This document shows positions 39,943 through 49,541 of a DNA stretch of 64,000 nucleotides, piece by piece (within the stretch, counting starts at the first letter, position 1; every line of letters begins with the position of its first letter). Location: positions 22,225-86,224 of the forward strand of contig JAHLWP010000015.1 in the NCBI GenBank assembly GCA_019057865.1, given 5' to 3'. Under the pieces are notes generated by a model that saw only the letters and a program-made list of their open reading frames with translations, did no database searches and was not told the DNA's origin. A program made the translations under genes and the position numbers. The stretch comes from Promethearchaeota archaeon. Lineage in GTDB: Archaea; Asgardarchaeota; Lokiarchaeia; Sigyniarchaeales; SOKP01.

Positions 39943-42207
39943 ATAAAAGAGAATAACATCAATATAATTAAAACTGGTTGTTGTCATGACTGTGGTGGAC
40001 GATGTGTTCTTAGAGTACATGTTAAAGATGGTAAAATCATAAGAATTGAAACTGACAATGGAGAAGAACCTCAATTAAGAGCCTGTGTACGTGGAAGAGC
40101 CTATAGACAAAGAGTTTATTCCCCAGATAGACTAAGATATCCTCTGCGCCGTAGTGGTGAACGAGGTGAAGATAAATTTGAACGGATTTCATGGGATGAA
40201 GCTCTTGAAATAGTCGCTTCCAAACTTATAGAAATTAAGGAAAAATATGGTAATTCCGCTATACTATTGGTTCCAGGTGGTGGAAACCAGGGGATGATTC
40301 ATGGAATCATACCAATTGCTATAATGTTACATCAAATTGGAGGATATACTAGAATGTGGGGAGCTCCTTCATATGAAGGGGCATTATTTGCCTCGATGGC
40401 GACTTATGGAACAATGATGACTGGTAATGCGCGTGAAGATCTATTAAATTCAAAACTCATTATTATGTGGGGCTGGAATCCTGCTAACACAATTTGGGAA
40501 CCTGGAACAAGTCTAATGTTAGCTAAAACTAAAGAGAAAGGAATTAAAATAATAGCTATAGATCCTATCTTTACAGATTCAGCGGCAATACTTGCTAATC
40601 AATGGATTCCAATTCGACCAGGTACTGATACGGCAATATTAATTGCGATGGCTTACACAATTATTAAAGAAAATCTTCAGGATCAAGCCTTTTTAGATAA
40701 ATATACTGTTGGATTTGATAAATTCAAGGAATATGTAATGGGAGAAGAAGACGGTGTTGAAAAAACACCACAATGGGCAGAGAAAATTACATCTGTACCT
40801 TCAGAGGTTATTGAAGACTTAGCACGGGAATATGCCACTTCTAAACCAGCGGCTCTTATAGCAGGGTGGGGTCCTGCGAGAACTGCCTTTGGAGAACAAT
40901 ATTCCCGCGCTGCTAATGTGCTTTGTGCTATTACAGGGAACATTGGAATTAATGGGGGTTATGCCTCTGGTTTTATGAGAGCATATTATAGTCGTGAGCG
41001 GATAGTACCTGGAGGGAAAAAAACGAGAGATATTTCTACTATAGAAGAAATGCCAAAAAAACCAAGATTACAAGATAATCCGGTTGATTTTAGGGCTCCA
41101 CCTCGTAAAGATGCTTTATATAAAATAAAAGGTGGGACAAATCCTGCAAACACTAGAATTCACTATAATGATTATTATGAAGCAATTCTACAAGGAAAAA
41201 AAGCAGGTTACCCTGCTGATATTAAAATGGCTTATATTGCAGGAACAAACCGATTAAACCAGTTTAGTAATGTAAATAAAGGTGTTAAAGCTTTTAAATC
41301 ACTTGAATTTATAGTTATTCATGAACAATTTTTGACACCTACAGCGAAATTTGCTGACATTATTTTGCCAGTAAATACTTTCATGGAACGTAATGATGCT
41401 GCTGTCCCTTGGCTTGGTTCTCCTTATTATATTTATTTGAATAAAGCTATTGATTCCATGTATGAATCAAAATCTGATCTAGAAATATGCCGGGAGCTTT
41501 TAAAAAGAATGGGTATTAAATCAAGTCTTTTAGATCTGAATGAGGATCAAATATTAAGGCTATTTATAGCTCCACGAAAGGACATTAAAAATTATAATAA
41601 AATGAGAAGAGATGGTTATTATAAAGTTAAAGTTGAGGAGCCATTTGTAGCATTTAAAGATCAAATAGAGGATCCTGAGAACAAACCCTTTCCTACTTTA
41701 TCAGGCAAAATTGAAATATATTGTGAACATATAGCAGAAAAAAATATTCCCTTAATGCCACCAATTCCAAAATATTTTAGTCATGATGAACATTATGACT
41801 CTCCAAAAGCTAATAAATATCCTTTACAACTTATTACACCTCATAATAAAAGGAGAACCCATTCAACATTAAATATGATCCCATGGTTGGAAGAAATAGA
41901 ACCACATGCGGTTTGGATTAATCCAGAGGATGCAAAACCAAGAAAAATCAATGAAGGAGATTTAGTAGACATTTATAATGATAGAGGTAGAATTCGAATT
42001 CCTGCTAAAGTTACAGAGAGGGTAATACCTGGAGTTGTAGTAGTATATCAAGGGAGCTGGTATAATCCTAATAAGGAGGGAGTGGATCTTGGAGGGTGTG
42101 CTAATGTATTAACAAACGATGTTCACTCTCCGGGTGGGGCTTTTCCAATGAATAGTAATCTTGTGCAAGTAGAATTATACGTAAAAAAACAAGCTGAGGG
42201 ATTGTAA
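39943..42207 (+). CDS. Second DmsA-like molybdopterin oxidoreductase; N-terminal Fe-S domain lies upstream of the first standard start codon (probable ATA start)
   Basis: Frame open from 39922 encodes KTGCCHDCGGRCVLRVHVKDGKI...RACVRG...DRLRYPLRR...ISWDEA; no ATG/GTG/TTG before 40267. Confidence 0.88.
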   Translation: MKENNINIIKTGCCHDCGGRCVLRVHVKDGKIIRIETDNGEEPQLRACVRGRAYRQRVYSPDRLRYPLRRSGERGEDKFERISWDEALEIVASKLIEIKEKYGNSAILLVPGGGNQGMIHGIIPIAIMLHQIGGYTRMWGAPSYEGALFASMATYGTMMTGNAREDLLNSKLIIMWGWNPANTIWEPGTSLMLAKTKEKGIKIIAIDPIFTDSAAILANQWIPIRPGTDTAILIAMAYTIIKENLQDQAFLDKYTVGFDKFKEYVMGEEDGVEKTPQWAEKITSVPSEVIEDLAREYATSKPAALIAGWGPARTAFGEQYSRAANVLCAITGNIGINGGYASGFMRAYYSRERIVPGGKKTRDISTIEEMPKKPRLQDNPVDFRAPPRKDALYKIKGGTNPANTRIHYNDYYEAILQGKKAGYPADIKMAYIAGTNRLNQFSNVNKGVKAFKSLEFIVIHEQFLTPTAKFADIILPVNTFMERNDAAVPWLGSPYYIYLNKAIDSMYESKSDLEICRELLKRMGIKSSLLDLNEDQILRLFIAPRKDIKNYNKMRRDGYYKVKVEEPFVAFKDQIEDPENKPFPTLSGKIEIYCEHIAEKNIPLMPPIPKYFSHDEHYDSPKANKYPLQLITPHNKRRTHSTLNMIPWLEEIEPHAVWINPEDAKPRKINEGDLVDIYNDRGRIRIPAKVTERVIPGVVVVYQGSWYNPNKEGVDLGGCANVLTNDVHSPGGAFPMNSNLVQVELYVKKQAEGL

Positions 42208-42776
42208 TGCCACAAATGGGTTTTTATTTTGATCAAACTCGCTGTACTGGTTGCTTCGCGTGTGCCGTTGCCTGTAAAGATTGGCATGATATCCCAGCTG
42301 GTCCAATTAATTGGTTAAGAATTAAAGAAATTGAAAAAGGAAAATATCCAAAACTATTTTTAACTTACCTTGTTCAAGCATGTAATCACTGTACTGATCC
42401 TCCATGTATAAAGGCATGTCCCGTTAATGCAATAATAAAAAGAGAGTCTGATGGTGTTGTAGTAGTAAATCAAAAAATTTGTATAGGCAAGAACGAATGT
42501 GGATTTAAATGCCTAAAAGTATGTCCTTGGGATGCCCCTCAATTTGGGTTAGAGGAAAATGCTAAAATGCAAAAGTGTGATCTATGTCTAGAACGTTTAA
42601 AACATGGTCAACAAACTATATGTGTTGAAGCTTGTCCTATGTATGCTTTGGATGTAGGTCCTATGAATAAGCTTCGTGAAAAATACGGTAATAATGTTGA
42701 TGCTGAAGGTTTTAACTATTCAGAAAAATATAAACCTTCAATAGTGTTTAAACCAAGATTTTATGATAAAAAATAG
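42207..42776 (+). CDS. DmsB-like 4x[4Fe-4S] subunit
   Basis: FDQTRCTGCFACAVACKDWH, CNHCTDPPC, KCDLC, CVEACP; start overlaps the dmsA-like stop codon. Confidence 0.9.
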   Translation: MPQMGFYFDQTRCTGCFACAVACKDWHDIPAGPINWLRIKEIEKGKYPKLFLTYLVQACNHCTDPPCIKACPVNAIIKRESDGVVVVNQKICIGKNECGFKCLKVCPWDAPQFGLEENAKMQKCDLCLERLKHGQQTICVEACPMYALDVGPMNKLREKYGNNVDAEGFNYSEKYKPSIVFKPRFYDKK

Positions 42777-42866
42777 ATTAAGTTTTTCTCTAATTCTGTT
42801 TTATTTAACAAATTAATAGATTTGAAAAATTAAATTTAAATCAAACTAAAAGGTGATTATTAAAAA

Positions 42867-43694
42867 ATGTCTGAAGAAAAAAGGTACGAACATATTAAAA
42901 TAGAAAAAGTTGCTGATAGCAACTATGCTGTAATCATTATAAATCGACCTGATAAATTGAATGCTCTTCAAAATCAAACATTGAGGGAAATTGCTGAATC
43001 TTTACAATCTATGGATACAGATCAAGACATACGATGTGTAGTATTACGAGGGACAAAAGAATTCACTAAAAAAAGAGCCTTTTCCGCAGGAGCAGATCTC
43101 TCTGATAGAGGAAGTGGTGATCTTGATCCTGATAATTTAAGACATCAAAGTCATGCTATGTACAGAAGACAAAAATACTATGATTTAATTGAAGAATTCC
43201 CAAAACCTTTAATTGCTGCTATAGATGGTTATGCTTTGGGTGGTGGATTTGAATTAGTTCTGGTTTGTGATATCTCTATCGCTTCTAAACGTTCAATATT
43301 TGGATTTCCTGAAATTCAACGAGGTATTTTTCCTGCTAATGGTGGAACTCAAAGATTAATTAGAAACCTTGGTAAAATGAGAGTGAAGAGAATGATGTTT
43401 TTTGGTGAACATTATACTGCTGAGCAAATGTTTGAATGGGGAGTTATTTCTTTTGTGGTTGATGACGATAATTTTGAGGATTTTGTTCATGAAAGGGCAA
43501 CATGGTTAGGGAGTGCTGCGACAAATAGTCTATTTTTGATTAAAAAGTCTATTGACTATGGAACTCAGATACCCCTAAGAATAGGCTTACAATTTGAGCA
43601 AATGGGTTATGCGATTAATTCTCGGAGTAAGGATGTTACTGAAGGAGTTAGTGCCTTCCTAGAAAAAAGAAAACCTAAATTTCAAGGTAAATAG
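42867..43694 (+). CDS. Enoyl-CoA hydratase (crotonase)
   Basis: RPDKLNAL, FSAGADL, GYALGGGFEL, FPEIQRG (both catalytic Glu present). Confidence 0.92.
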   Translation: MSEEKRYEHIKIEKVADSNYAVIIINRPDKLNALQNQTLREIAESLQSMDTDQDIRCVVLRGTKEFTKKRAFSAGADLSDRGSGDLDPDNLRHQSHAMYRRQKYYDLIEEFPKPLIAAIDGYALGGGFELVLVCDISIASKRSIFGFPEIQRGIFPANGGTQRLIRNLGKMRVKRMMFFGEHYTAEQMFEWGVISFVVDDDNFEDFVHERATWLGSAATNSLFLIKKSIDYGTQIPLRIGLQFEQMGYAINSRSKDVTEGVSAFLEKRKPKFQGK

Positions 43695-43837
43695 AGAGAA
43701 TTTTGTTATAAATTCTTCATTTTTTTTCTCAATTGAAAACATTAAAAAGGATGTTAAATAAATTTTTTTATCAAATTTGCTAACTTGGTAAATTTTAAAA
43801 TAAATGAAGTTTTTTACAATAAAAAATATCATAAAAA

Positions 43838-45133
43838 TTGAGTGAAAATAGATTGAATTTAAAAGAAGTCTGGTTAGTTGATTACGCTCGAACACCTTTT
43901 TCGCGTTCCAGACCACAACAGCCTGAAAGGGATGTTTTTGGAGAAATTCGTGGTGACGAATTACTTGCGAATTTATTAATAAAGTTTTTTGACGAAAAAT
44001 TAGCTGATAAAGGTATAACTAAAAAAGAAATTGAGGAAGTTTCAATAGGTATTGCTTCTGGTGTTTTAGAAAATTGGACTTATGGTGGAAAAATTCCTCT
44101 CTTTTTATCAGGATTTCCAAATGAAGTGTCTTCATTTATGATAGATAAACAATGTGCTTCAGCAGGTGCTGGAATGCATGCATTGATAATGCATATTATG
44201 ACGGGAAATAGCAAAGTGGTTTTAGCGACTGGTATGGAACATATGACAAGAGTTCGGAGGGTCGGAATTGCACCTGAGTGGGAACGATTTTCTAACGAGA
44301 AAAGCAAATTTTATAACCCCGATATTGATATAATGAATTCGACTAATATGTTACAAACTGCTCAAAGATTATATGAAGAAGAAGTACCACGATTTACAAA
44401 AGAAGATTTAGACAAGTTTGGTGTAAGGAGTCATAATTTAACAGTTAAAAACCAAGAAGCTGGATGGTTTAAAGGTGAAATAATTCCGATTGAAGGTCAT
44501 ATTGAGGGAAATGTTGATGAGCCAATGATGGTTGATAGAGATATGGCAGCAAGAAAATCTACTTTAGAAGGAGTCGCAGGATTACGTAGAATATCTATAC
44601 CATTCTATTTAGAAAAAAATGGTGGCAAACAGGGGTATATTGATAGAGAAGGAACGGAGGAAGGTGTAATAACAGCGGCAAATTCATCTCCTTTAAATGC
44701 AGGAGCTACAGCAGCAGTTCTTATGGAGGCTGAAGAGGCAAGAAAAAGAAGATTAGAGCCAATGGCACGAATTGTATCAATTGGTTGGGCAGCAGTAGAT
44801 CCAAGAGTTATGGGACGAGGACCAGTTCCGGCTACTCGTAAAGCATTAGAATATGCTGGATTACAGGCAGATGATATTGATTACTGGGAAATAAATGAGG
44901 CCTTTTGTATAGTTGCTTTGAATTGTATGGACAAATTCAACATTCCGGAAGAAAAGGTTAATATTATGGGAGGTTCTACTGCAATAGGTCATCCTTTAGG
45001 ATCAACGGTGATTCGTCTCACTGGGACATTAGCACGCATATTAAAAGATAAGAAAGCAAAATATGGTGTAGCTAATGCGTGTGTGGGAGGAGGACAAGGA
45101 TTAGCAACCATAATTGAAAATCTAGATGTTTAA
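43838..45133 (+). CDS. Acetyl-CoA C-acyltransferase (thiolase)
   Basis: QCASA, NEAF, GHPLG, CVGGGQG. Confidence 0.93.
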   Translation: MSENRLNLKEVWLVDYARTPFSRSRPQQPERDVFGEIRGDELLANLLIKFFDEKLADKGITKKEIEEVSIGIASGVLENWTYGGKIPLFLSGFPNEVSSFMIDKQCASAGAGMHALIMHIMTGNSKVVLATGMEHMTRVRRVGIAPEWERFSNEKSKFYNPDIDIMNSTNMLQTAQRLYEEEVPRFTKEDLDKFGVRSHNLTVKNQEAGWFKGEIIPIEGHIEGNVDEPMMVDRDMAARKSTLEGVAGLRRISIPFYLEKNGGKQGYIDREGTEEGVITAANSSPLNAGATAAVLMEAEEARKRRLEPMARIVSIGWAAVDPRVMGRGPVPATRKALEYAGLQADDIDYWEINEAFCIVALNCMDKFNIPEEKVNIMGGSTAIGHPLGSTVIRLTGTLARILKDKKAKYGVANACVGGGQGLATIIENLDV

Positions 45134-45212
45134 AATCATTTATAAATACAATATTTTTTATCTTTTTCATGTTACTATCTATTATTATTAATTTAGGAAA
45201 ATCTAAGAAAAC

Positions 45213-46106
45213 GTGAATACATTGGTCTTTATAAATAAAGAAGGAAAGTTTAATGATAATACTTGGTTGATTGATGGAAATTTATTCGGAGGGAAGGGAA
45301 ATTTATCAATTTATATTATTGAAAATAATGGCATTCGAATTATGATTGATACTTCTGAAAAAGCAGCAGTACCCAAAATTATTGAAAAGTTGAAAGAATT
45401 TAAAATTTATCCCATACATAAGATCTTCCTTACGCATTCCCATTTTGATCATGTAGATGGGGTCCATGAATTACAGAAATCAATGAAGGATATAAAGATT
45501 GAAGTTTTAGCGTCGGAAAATGCAATAGAGAACTTAAAAAATCCCCATAACATGAATGATGTATTTGCAACCAAAATGGAACCAATAGAAGATGTTATAC
45601 CTTTAAAAGATAATGAAACTATTGATTTAAATGGTTTAGAATTAAAAGTCCTGAATGTTTACGGTCATACTATGGATTGTATTGCGCTATTTGACAAAAA
45701 AAATAAGAATATATTCACTGGTGATGCAATTATCGATAAATCTAGTATTTATTATTTCCAACCTACTTTTATGCCACCAGATTTTCATGAAACGGAATTA
45801 TTAAAAACATTTCAGAGACTTAGGAATATAAAAGATGAATTAACTTCAATATCATTAGCCCATTATGGTGTATGGACAGAGGAAGATTTCAAACAAATAA
45901 TAAATAATATGGAAGAATTACATTTCGCCACAAAAGATTCAATTATTAAGTGGTATAAAGAAAATCCTTCATTTAATTACTTAGCTCTCAAGTTTCATGA
46001 AACCTTCACACCCAAATCTAAGATTATCAAATACGGAAATATAGGATTTTTAGAAAGACAAATGGAATTTTTTGTTGATAGTTTAAAGAGAAGTGGATTT
46101 ATTTAA
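45213..46106 (+). CDS. MBL-fold metallohydrolase
   Basis: THSHFDH, GHT, TGDA, AHYG. Confidence 0.88.
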   Translation: MNTLVFINKEGKFNDNTWLIDGNLFGGKGNLSIYIIENNGIRIMIDTSEKAAVPKIIEKLKEFKIYPIHKIFLTHSHFDHVDGVHELQKSMKDIKIEVLASENAIENLKNPHNMNDVFATKMEPIEDVIPLKDNETIDLNGLELKVLNVYGHTMDCIALFDKKNKNIFTGDAIIDKSSIYYFQPTFMPPDFHETELLKTFQRLRNIKDELTSISLAHYGVWTEEDFKQIINNMEELHFATKDSIIKWYKENPSFNYLALKFHETFTPKSKIIKYGNIGFLERQMEFFVDSLKRSGFI

Positions 46107-46168
46107 TATAAAAAATTGATATTCAATATGAAAAATAAATAAATTATTTTGTTAAAGGTGATAAAATA

Positions 46169-47008
46169 ATGTCTGGATTAGATCTTGATGTGATAGGTAA
46201 AAAATTTCCAGAGGTGACTTTTAAATATAATTGGAAAGATGTAGTACTTTATGCTTTAGGGATTGGGGCTCAAGTTGATGAGTTACAGTTTTTATATGAA
46301 GGGGTCTCTGGAGGATTAAAAATTTTCCCCAGTTACGCTTGTATAGTGGGAGGGGCAGGTCTTCAGCTTAATAGGCTTGGTAAAATAGCTTTTTCGCACT
46401 TTGTTCATGGGGAACAATCAATTAAGATTCATAAATCATTTTCTTCGTCAGGTGAAATAATTTGTCAAGGTGAAGTTGAAAATATCTTTGATAAAGGAAA
46501 AGCTGCTGTTATCCACATGAAAGTTTCAGGTCATAAGACAGGAGGTGAACCTATATTTGATACAAAATGGGTATTTTTTTATCTTAAGGGAGGAGGATTT
46601 GGAGGGGACCCAGGTCCTAAAACTGAACCATTAGATCCTCCTGAAGGGGTAGAACCAGATTTTAGTATATCCTATAAAACTAATGAAAATCAAGCTGCTT
46701 TGTATAGACTTAACGGAGATTTAAATCCTTTACATATAGATCCTGAATTTGCCAGTAGAAGTGGGAGATTTAAGGGACCAATCCTCCATGGATTATGTAC
46801 ATATGGTTTTGCAACACGTGCTATAATTTATGGTGCTTGTAATGGAGAGGTGGAACGATTTAAAGAATTCAAAGCACGATTTACAAGCGAAGTATATCCT
46901 GGAGAAACTCTAACCACGGAAGGCTGGAAAGATAATGGCCATTATTTAATTCAGGTTCGAACAGAAAGAGCTGTTGTTCTTGGAAACGCATATGCTATCG
47001 TAGAATGA
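46169..47008 (+). CDS. MaoC-like double hot-dog (R)-specific enoyl-CoA hydratase 2 (MFE-2-like)
   Basis: LYALGIGA, HGEQ, DKGKAA, YRLNGDLNPLHIDP, ILHGLCTYG, VYPGE. Confidence 0.9.
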   Translation: MSGLDLDVIGKKFPEVTFKYNWKDVVLYALGIGAQVDELQFLYEGVSGGLKIFPSYACIVGGAGLQLNRLGKIAFSHFVHGEQSIKIHKSFSSSGEIICQGEVENIFDKGKAAVIHMKVSGHKTGGEPIFDTKWVFFYLKGGGFGGDPGPKTEPLDPPEGVEPDFSISYKTNENQAALYRLNGDLNPLHIDPEFASRSGRFKGPILHGLCTYGFATRAIIYGACNGEVERFKEFKARFTSEVYPGETLTTEGWKDNGHYLIQVRTERAVVLGNAYAIVE

Positions 47009-47034
47009 AATTAAAAGAATAAAAAATATTTATT

Positions 47035-48180
47035 TTAATTTTTCCGATGTGGAAGCATTCTAACCATTCTCATGCCTTCAATCATGGAAATAGCATTTTC
47101 AGGACAAAAGTAAGCACAAACTCCACAACCTATACAAAATTCCCCGATTATTTCAGCTTTATTGTCATCATTTAAGAATATTGCACTATTATGACATTTT
47201 TCGACACAAGTTCCACATCCTAAACATAAATCCAGATTAATCTGTGCTAAATAAAATGTTGCATTAACTACAGCGTTAGTTTGCACATTTCTGCTATTTG
47301 GACAACAACATGAGCAACAGTTACATATTGCTACTTCTTCTCTTGAAATATCTGAATGCAAATGATAAGCCTTATGAACTAATCCATCTTGTTCAGACTG
47401 TTTTAATATTTGCAGTGCTTCTTCCTTGGTTACTTTTCTAGCAAATCCTTGAGTTGATGTATGTCTAGCACTTTTTCCTAATGTAACGCAATTTTCTCTT
47501 ATATCTGTAGTTTTACACGGATCTCCTAGCATATCTTTATGTTGACGGCAAAAGCAATTGCCTACTGCAATATCATCGAATTTATCGATAATTTCTTTTA
47601 CTGTTTGAACTGGTAAAACCATTTCTGTAGGGACTTCTAATTTTTTTTCAACAATTATTTCAATTTCATCGCCTTCTTCATTAATTAAATGAGGTACTGT
47701 TCTATCTAATGGTAACCTCTTTTCTATAGAAGAGGCAATAAAATCATAATTATTTTGAACTGAAGTCTCTACTTCTTCATCAAGTTTAGCATAGAGAGTT
47801 GCTAATTTACTAAACTCTTGTGTATTTTCAAGTTTTTTCATAAAAGTATACTCAAACTGCCTTGCAATTGGTAACAACCGATAAACCATTAAACCTGTGC
47901 GACTAGGTTGATTAAAAATCACACCTTTCTTTGCCAGAGCATCAACCTTTTGCAAAATGTCTTCCTCAGGTAAGCCACAACTAGCTTTTAACTGTTCCAT
48001 TGTCTGAGAACTGTTTTTCTCAAAAGCCATAATAAAGTCTAAGTTTTCCTCTTTTATGTTATGCTTTAATATTTCAATTAGTGTGTCGGTTACAAGATAA
48101 GGGAACTGTCCAGCTTTATTAATTATGTTTGCTGCTTTCCTATATTTCATATCTATATTTTTATCTTTTACTTTCGACAT
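47035..48180 (-). CDS. 4Fe-4S dicluster protein with N-terminal HTH-like region
   Basis: CFCR, ICNCCSCCC, CLGCGTCVEKC, CIGCGVCAYFCP. Confidence 0.8.
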   Translation of the reverse strand: MSKVKDKNIDMKYRKAANIINKAGQFPYLVTDTLIEILKHNIKEENLDFIMAFEKNSSQTMEQLKASCGLPEEDILQKVDALAKKGVIFNQPSRTGLMVYRLLPIARQFEYTFMKKLENTQEFSKLATLYAKLDEEVETSVQNNYDFIASSIEKRLPLDRTVPHLINEEGDEIEIIVEKKLEVPTEMVLPVQTVKEIIDKFDDIAVGNCFCRQHKDMLGDPCKTTDIRENCVTLGKSARHTSTQGFARKVTKEEALQILKQSEQDGLVHKAYHLHSDISREEVAICNCCSCCCPNSRNVQTNAVVNATFYLAQINLDLCLGCGTCVEKCHNSAIFLNDDNKAEIIGEFCIGCGVCAYFCPENAISMIEGMRMVRMLPHRKN

Positions 48181-48471
48181 ATTCTTTCAATTTTTTCTTT
48201 GATATTTTTTCATAAAGTAAAATAATGTTAAATTAAATATATTCATAACCTTCTTTTTGGTATTGGAGGATTATAATATATTAACGGGTTCTGTTCCCTC
48301 TTCAAGCTTAAGTTGAAAAAGTTTCTTCTTAGAAAACTTCCTAAAGGTCCTAATACTGAATTTTTTAAAAGAAGAATGGGAAAATGAAAAATCAAGAAAT
48401 AGAACTTGGGATGCCAAAATAAGAGATTTTATAAAATAAGAATAACTATAAAAAAATTTTATAATAGAAAT

Positions 48472-49527
48472 TTAAATTAATTGTTGTACAAATTGACCAA
48501 TTTTTCTCATAGCATCTTCTGATTCTGGTAAGTCAAACTGTTGAAATACATGTAATGTATCATTCCAAACTTGCATAGTTATATCAACACCAAACTTTTT
48601 AGCACAATCTAAAAACCTTTTTGAATCATCAAAGAGCATTTCACTGGCACTCACTTGAAGTAAAATTGGAGGTAATCCTGTTAAATCTGCATAGAGTGGT
48701 GAAACTGAAGGATCAAATGGATCAATTCCTGCGAGATGAGATTCAATCCACCAGAAGTACCCTACATTTGCTAAGATAGGATCAGTGGAACTATTTATGA
48801 TACGAGATTCACCAGATTGTGCCATATCAGTGGAAGTTGAAATACAAATACACCCCGCAGGTAAAGGTAATCCCTCATCTCGTATTTTCAGGAGTGTTAA
48901 AAGCGCTAAATAACCTCCAGCAGACTCTCCCGCAATGATAATATTTTGAGGTTTGATTCCATTTGATCTTAACCAATTATATGAAATAATACAGTCTTCT
49001 AACGCTGCAGGATGTGGATGTTCCGGTGCTAGACGATAATTTATACTTAAAACACGCATTTTTGTAACAATCCCTAATTTAGCAGTAAGAACTTTAATAT
49101 AATCAATAGAGCCTAAAATATGACCTCCACCATGGAAGAATAAAAAAATTTTATCTTTAACTGCTCCAAGAACGGTTTGCCATTCAGCTGGCACACCACC
49201 AGCATCCACGGATTCTATTTTTAATCCTTCTAAGATAGGATTTCCTTTTTGAAATAATTTCTCTCTGTACTCAACAGCAAAGCGATGTTGCTTTGCTAAA
49301 AAAATCATTTCTTCATATGTTAACTTACCTCCTACATCTTCTCCTCTAAGCCAACGAACATTTAATTCTGAGACTTTATTCCAGAGAGTTTGAAATTTAG
49401 AAATTAGTTCCTCATTATCTTTGAAGTATTCTGTAAAAGCTTGATTTCGCAATCTTTCTCGCTTATCCATAATCTTGAGGATTTCAGGACGTATTTTTGA
49501 CTTATCCCATACAGACATTTTCTTCAC
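48472..49527 (-). CDS. HSL-family esterase/lipase
   Basis: HGGG, YRLAPEHP, GESAG, HVF. Confidence 0.9.
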   Translation of the reverse strand: MKKMSVWDKSKIRPEILKIMDKRERLRNQAFTEYFKDNEELISKFQTLWNKVSELNVRWLRGEDVGGKLTYEEMIFLAKQHRFAVEYREKLFQKGNPILEGLKIESVDAGGVPAEWQTVLGAVKDKIFLFFHGGGHILGSIDYIKVLTAKLGIVTKMRVLSINYRLAPEHPHPAALEDCIISYNWLRSNGIKPQNIIIAGESAGGYLALLTLLKIRDEGLPLPAGCICISTSTDMAQSGESRIINSSTDPILANVGYFWWIESHLAGIDPFDPSVSPLYADLTGLPPILLQVSASEMLFDDSKRFLDCAKKFGVDITMQVWNDTLHVFQQFDLPESEDAMRKIGQFVQQLI

Positions 49528-49541
49528 AACATAGAAAAATC

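Noticed and set aside
40267-42207. Second molybdoenzyme as an N-terminally truncated pseudogene
   Set aside because: The upstream frame is open and encodes an intact Fe-S domain; only a canonical start codon is missing.
48280-48440. Possible gene remnant (LKEEWENEKSRNRTWDAKIRDFIK)
   Set aside because: Too short, no start codon, no recognisable family.
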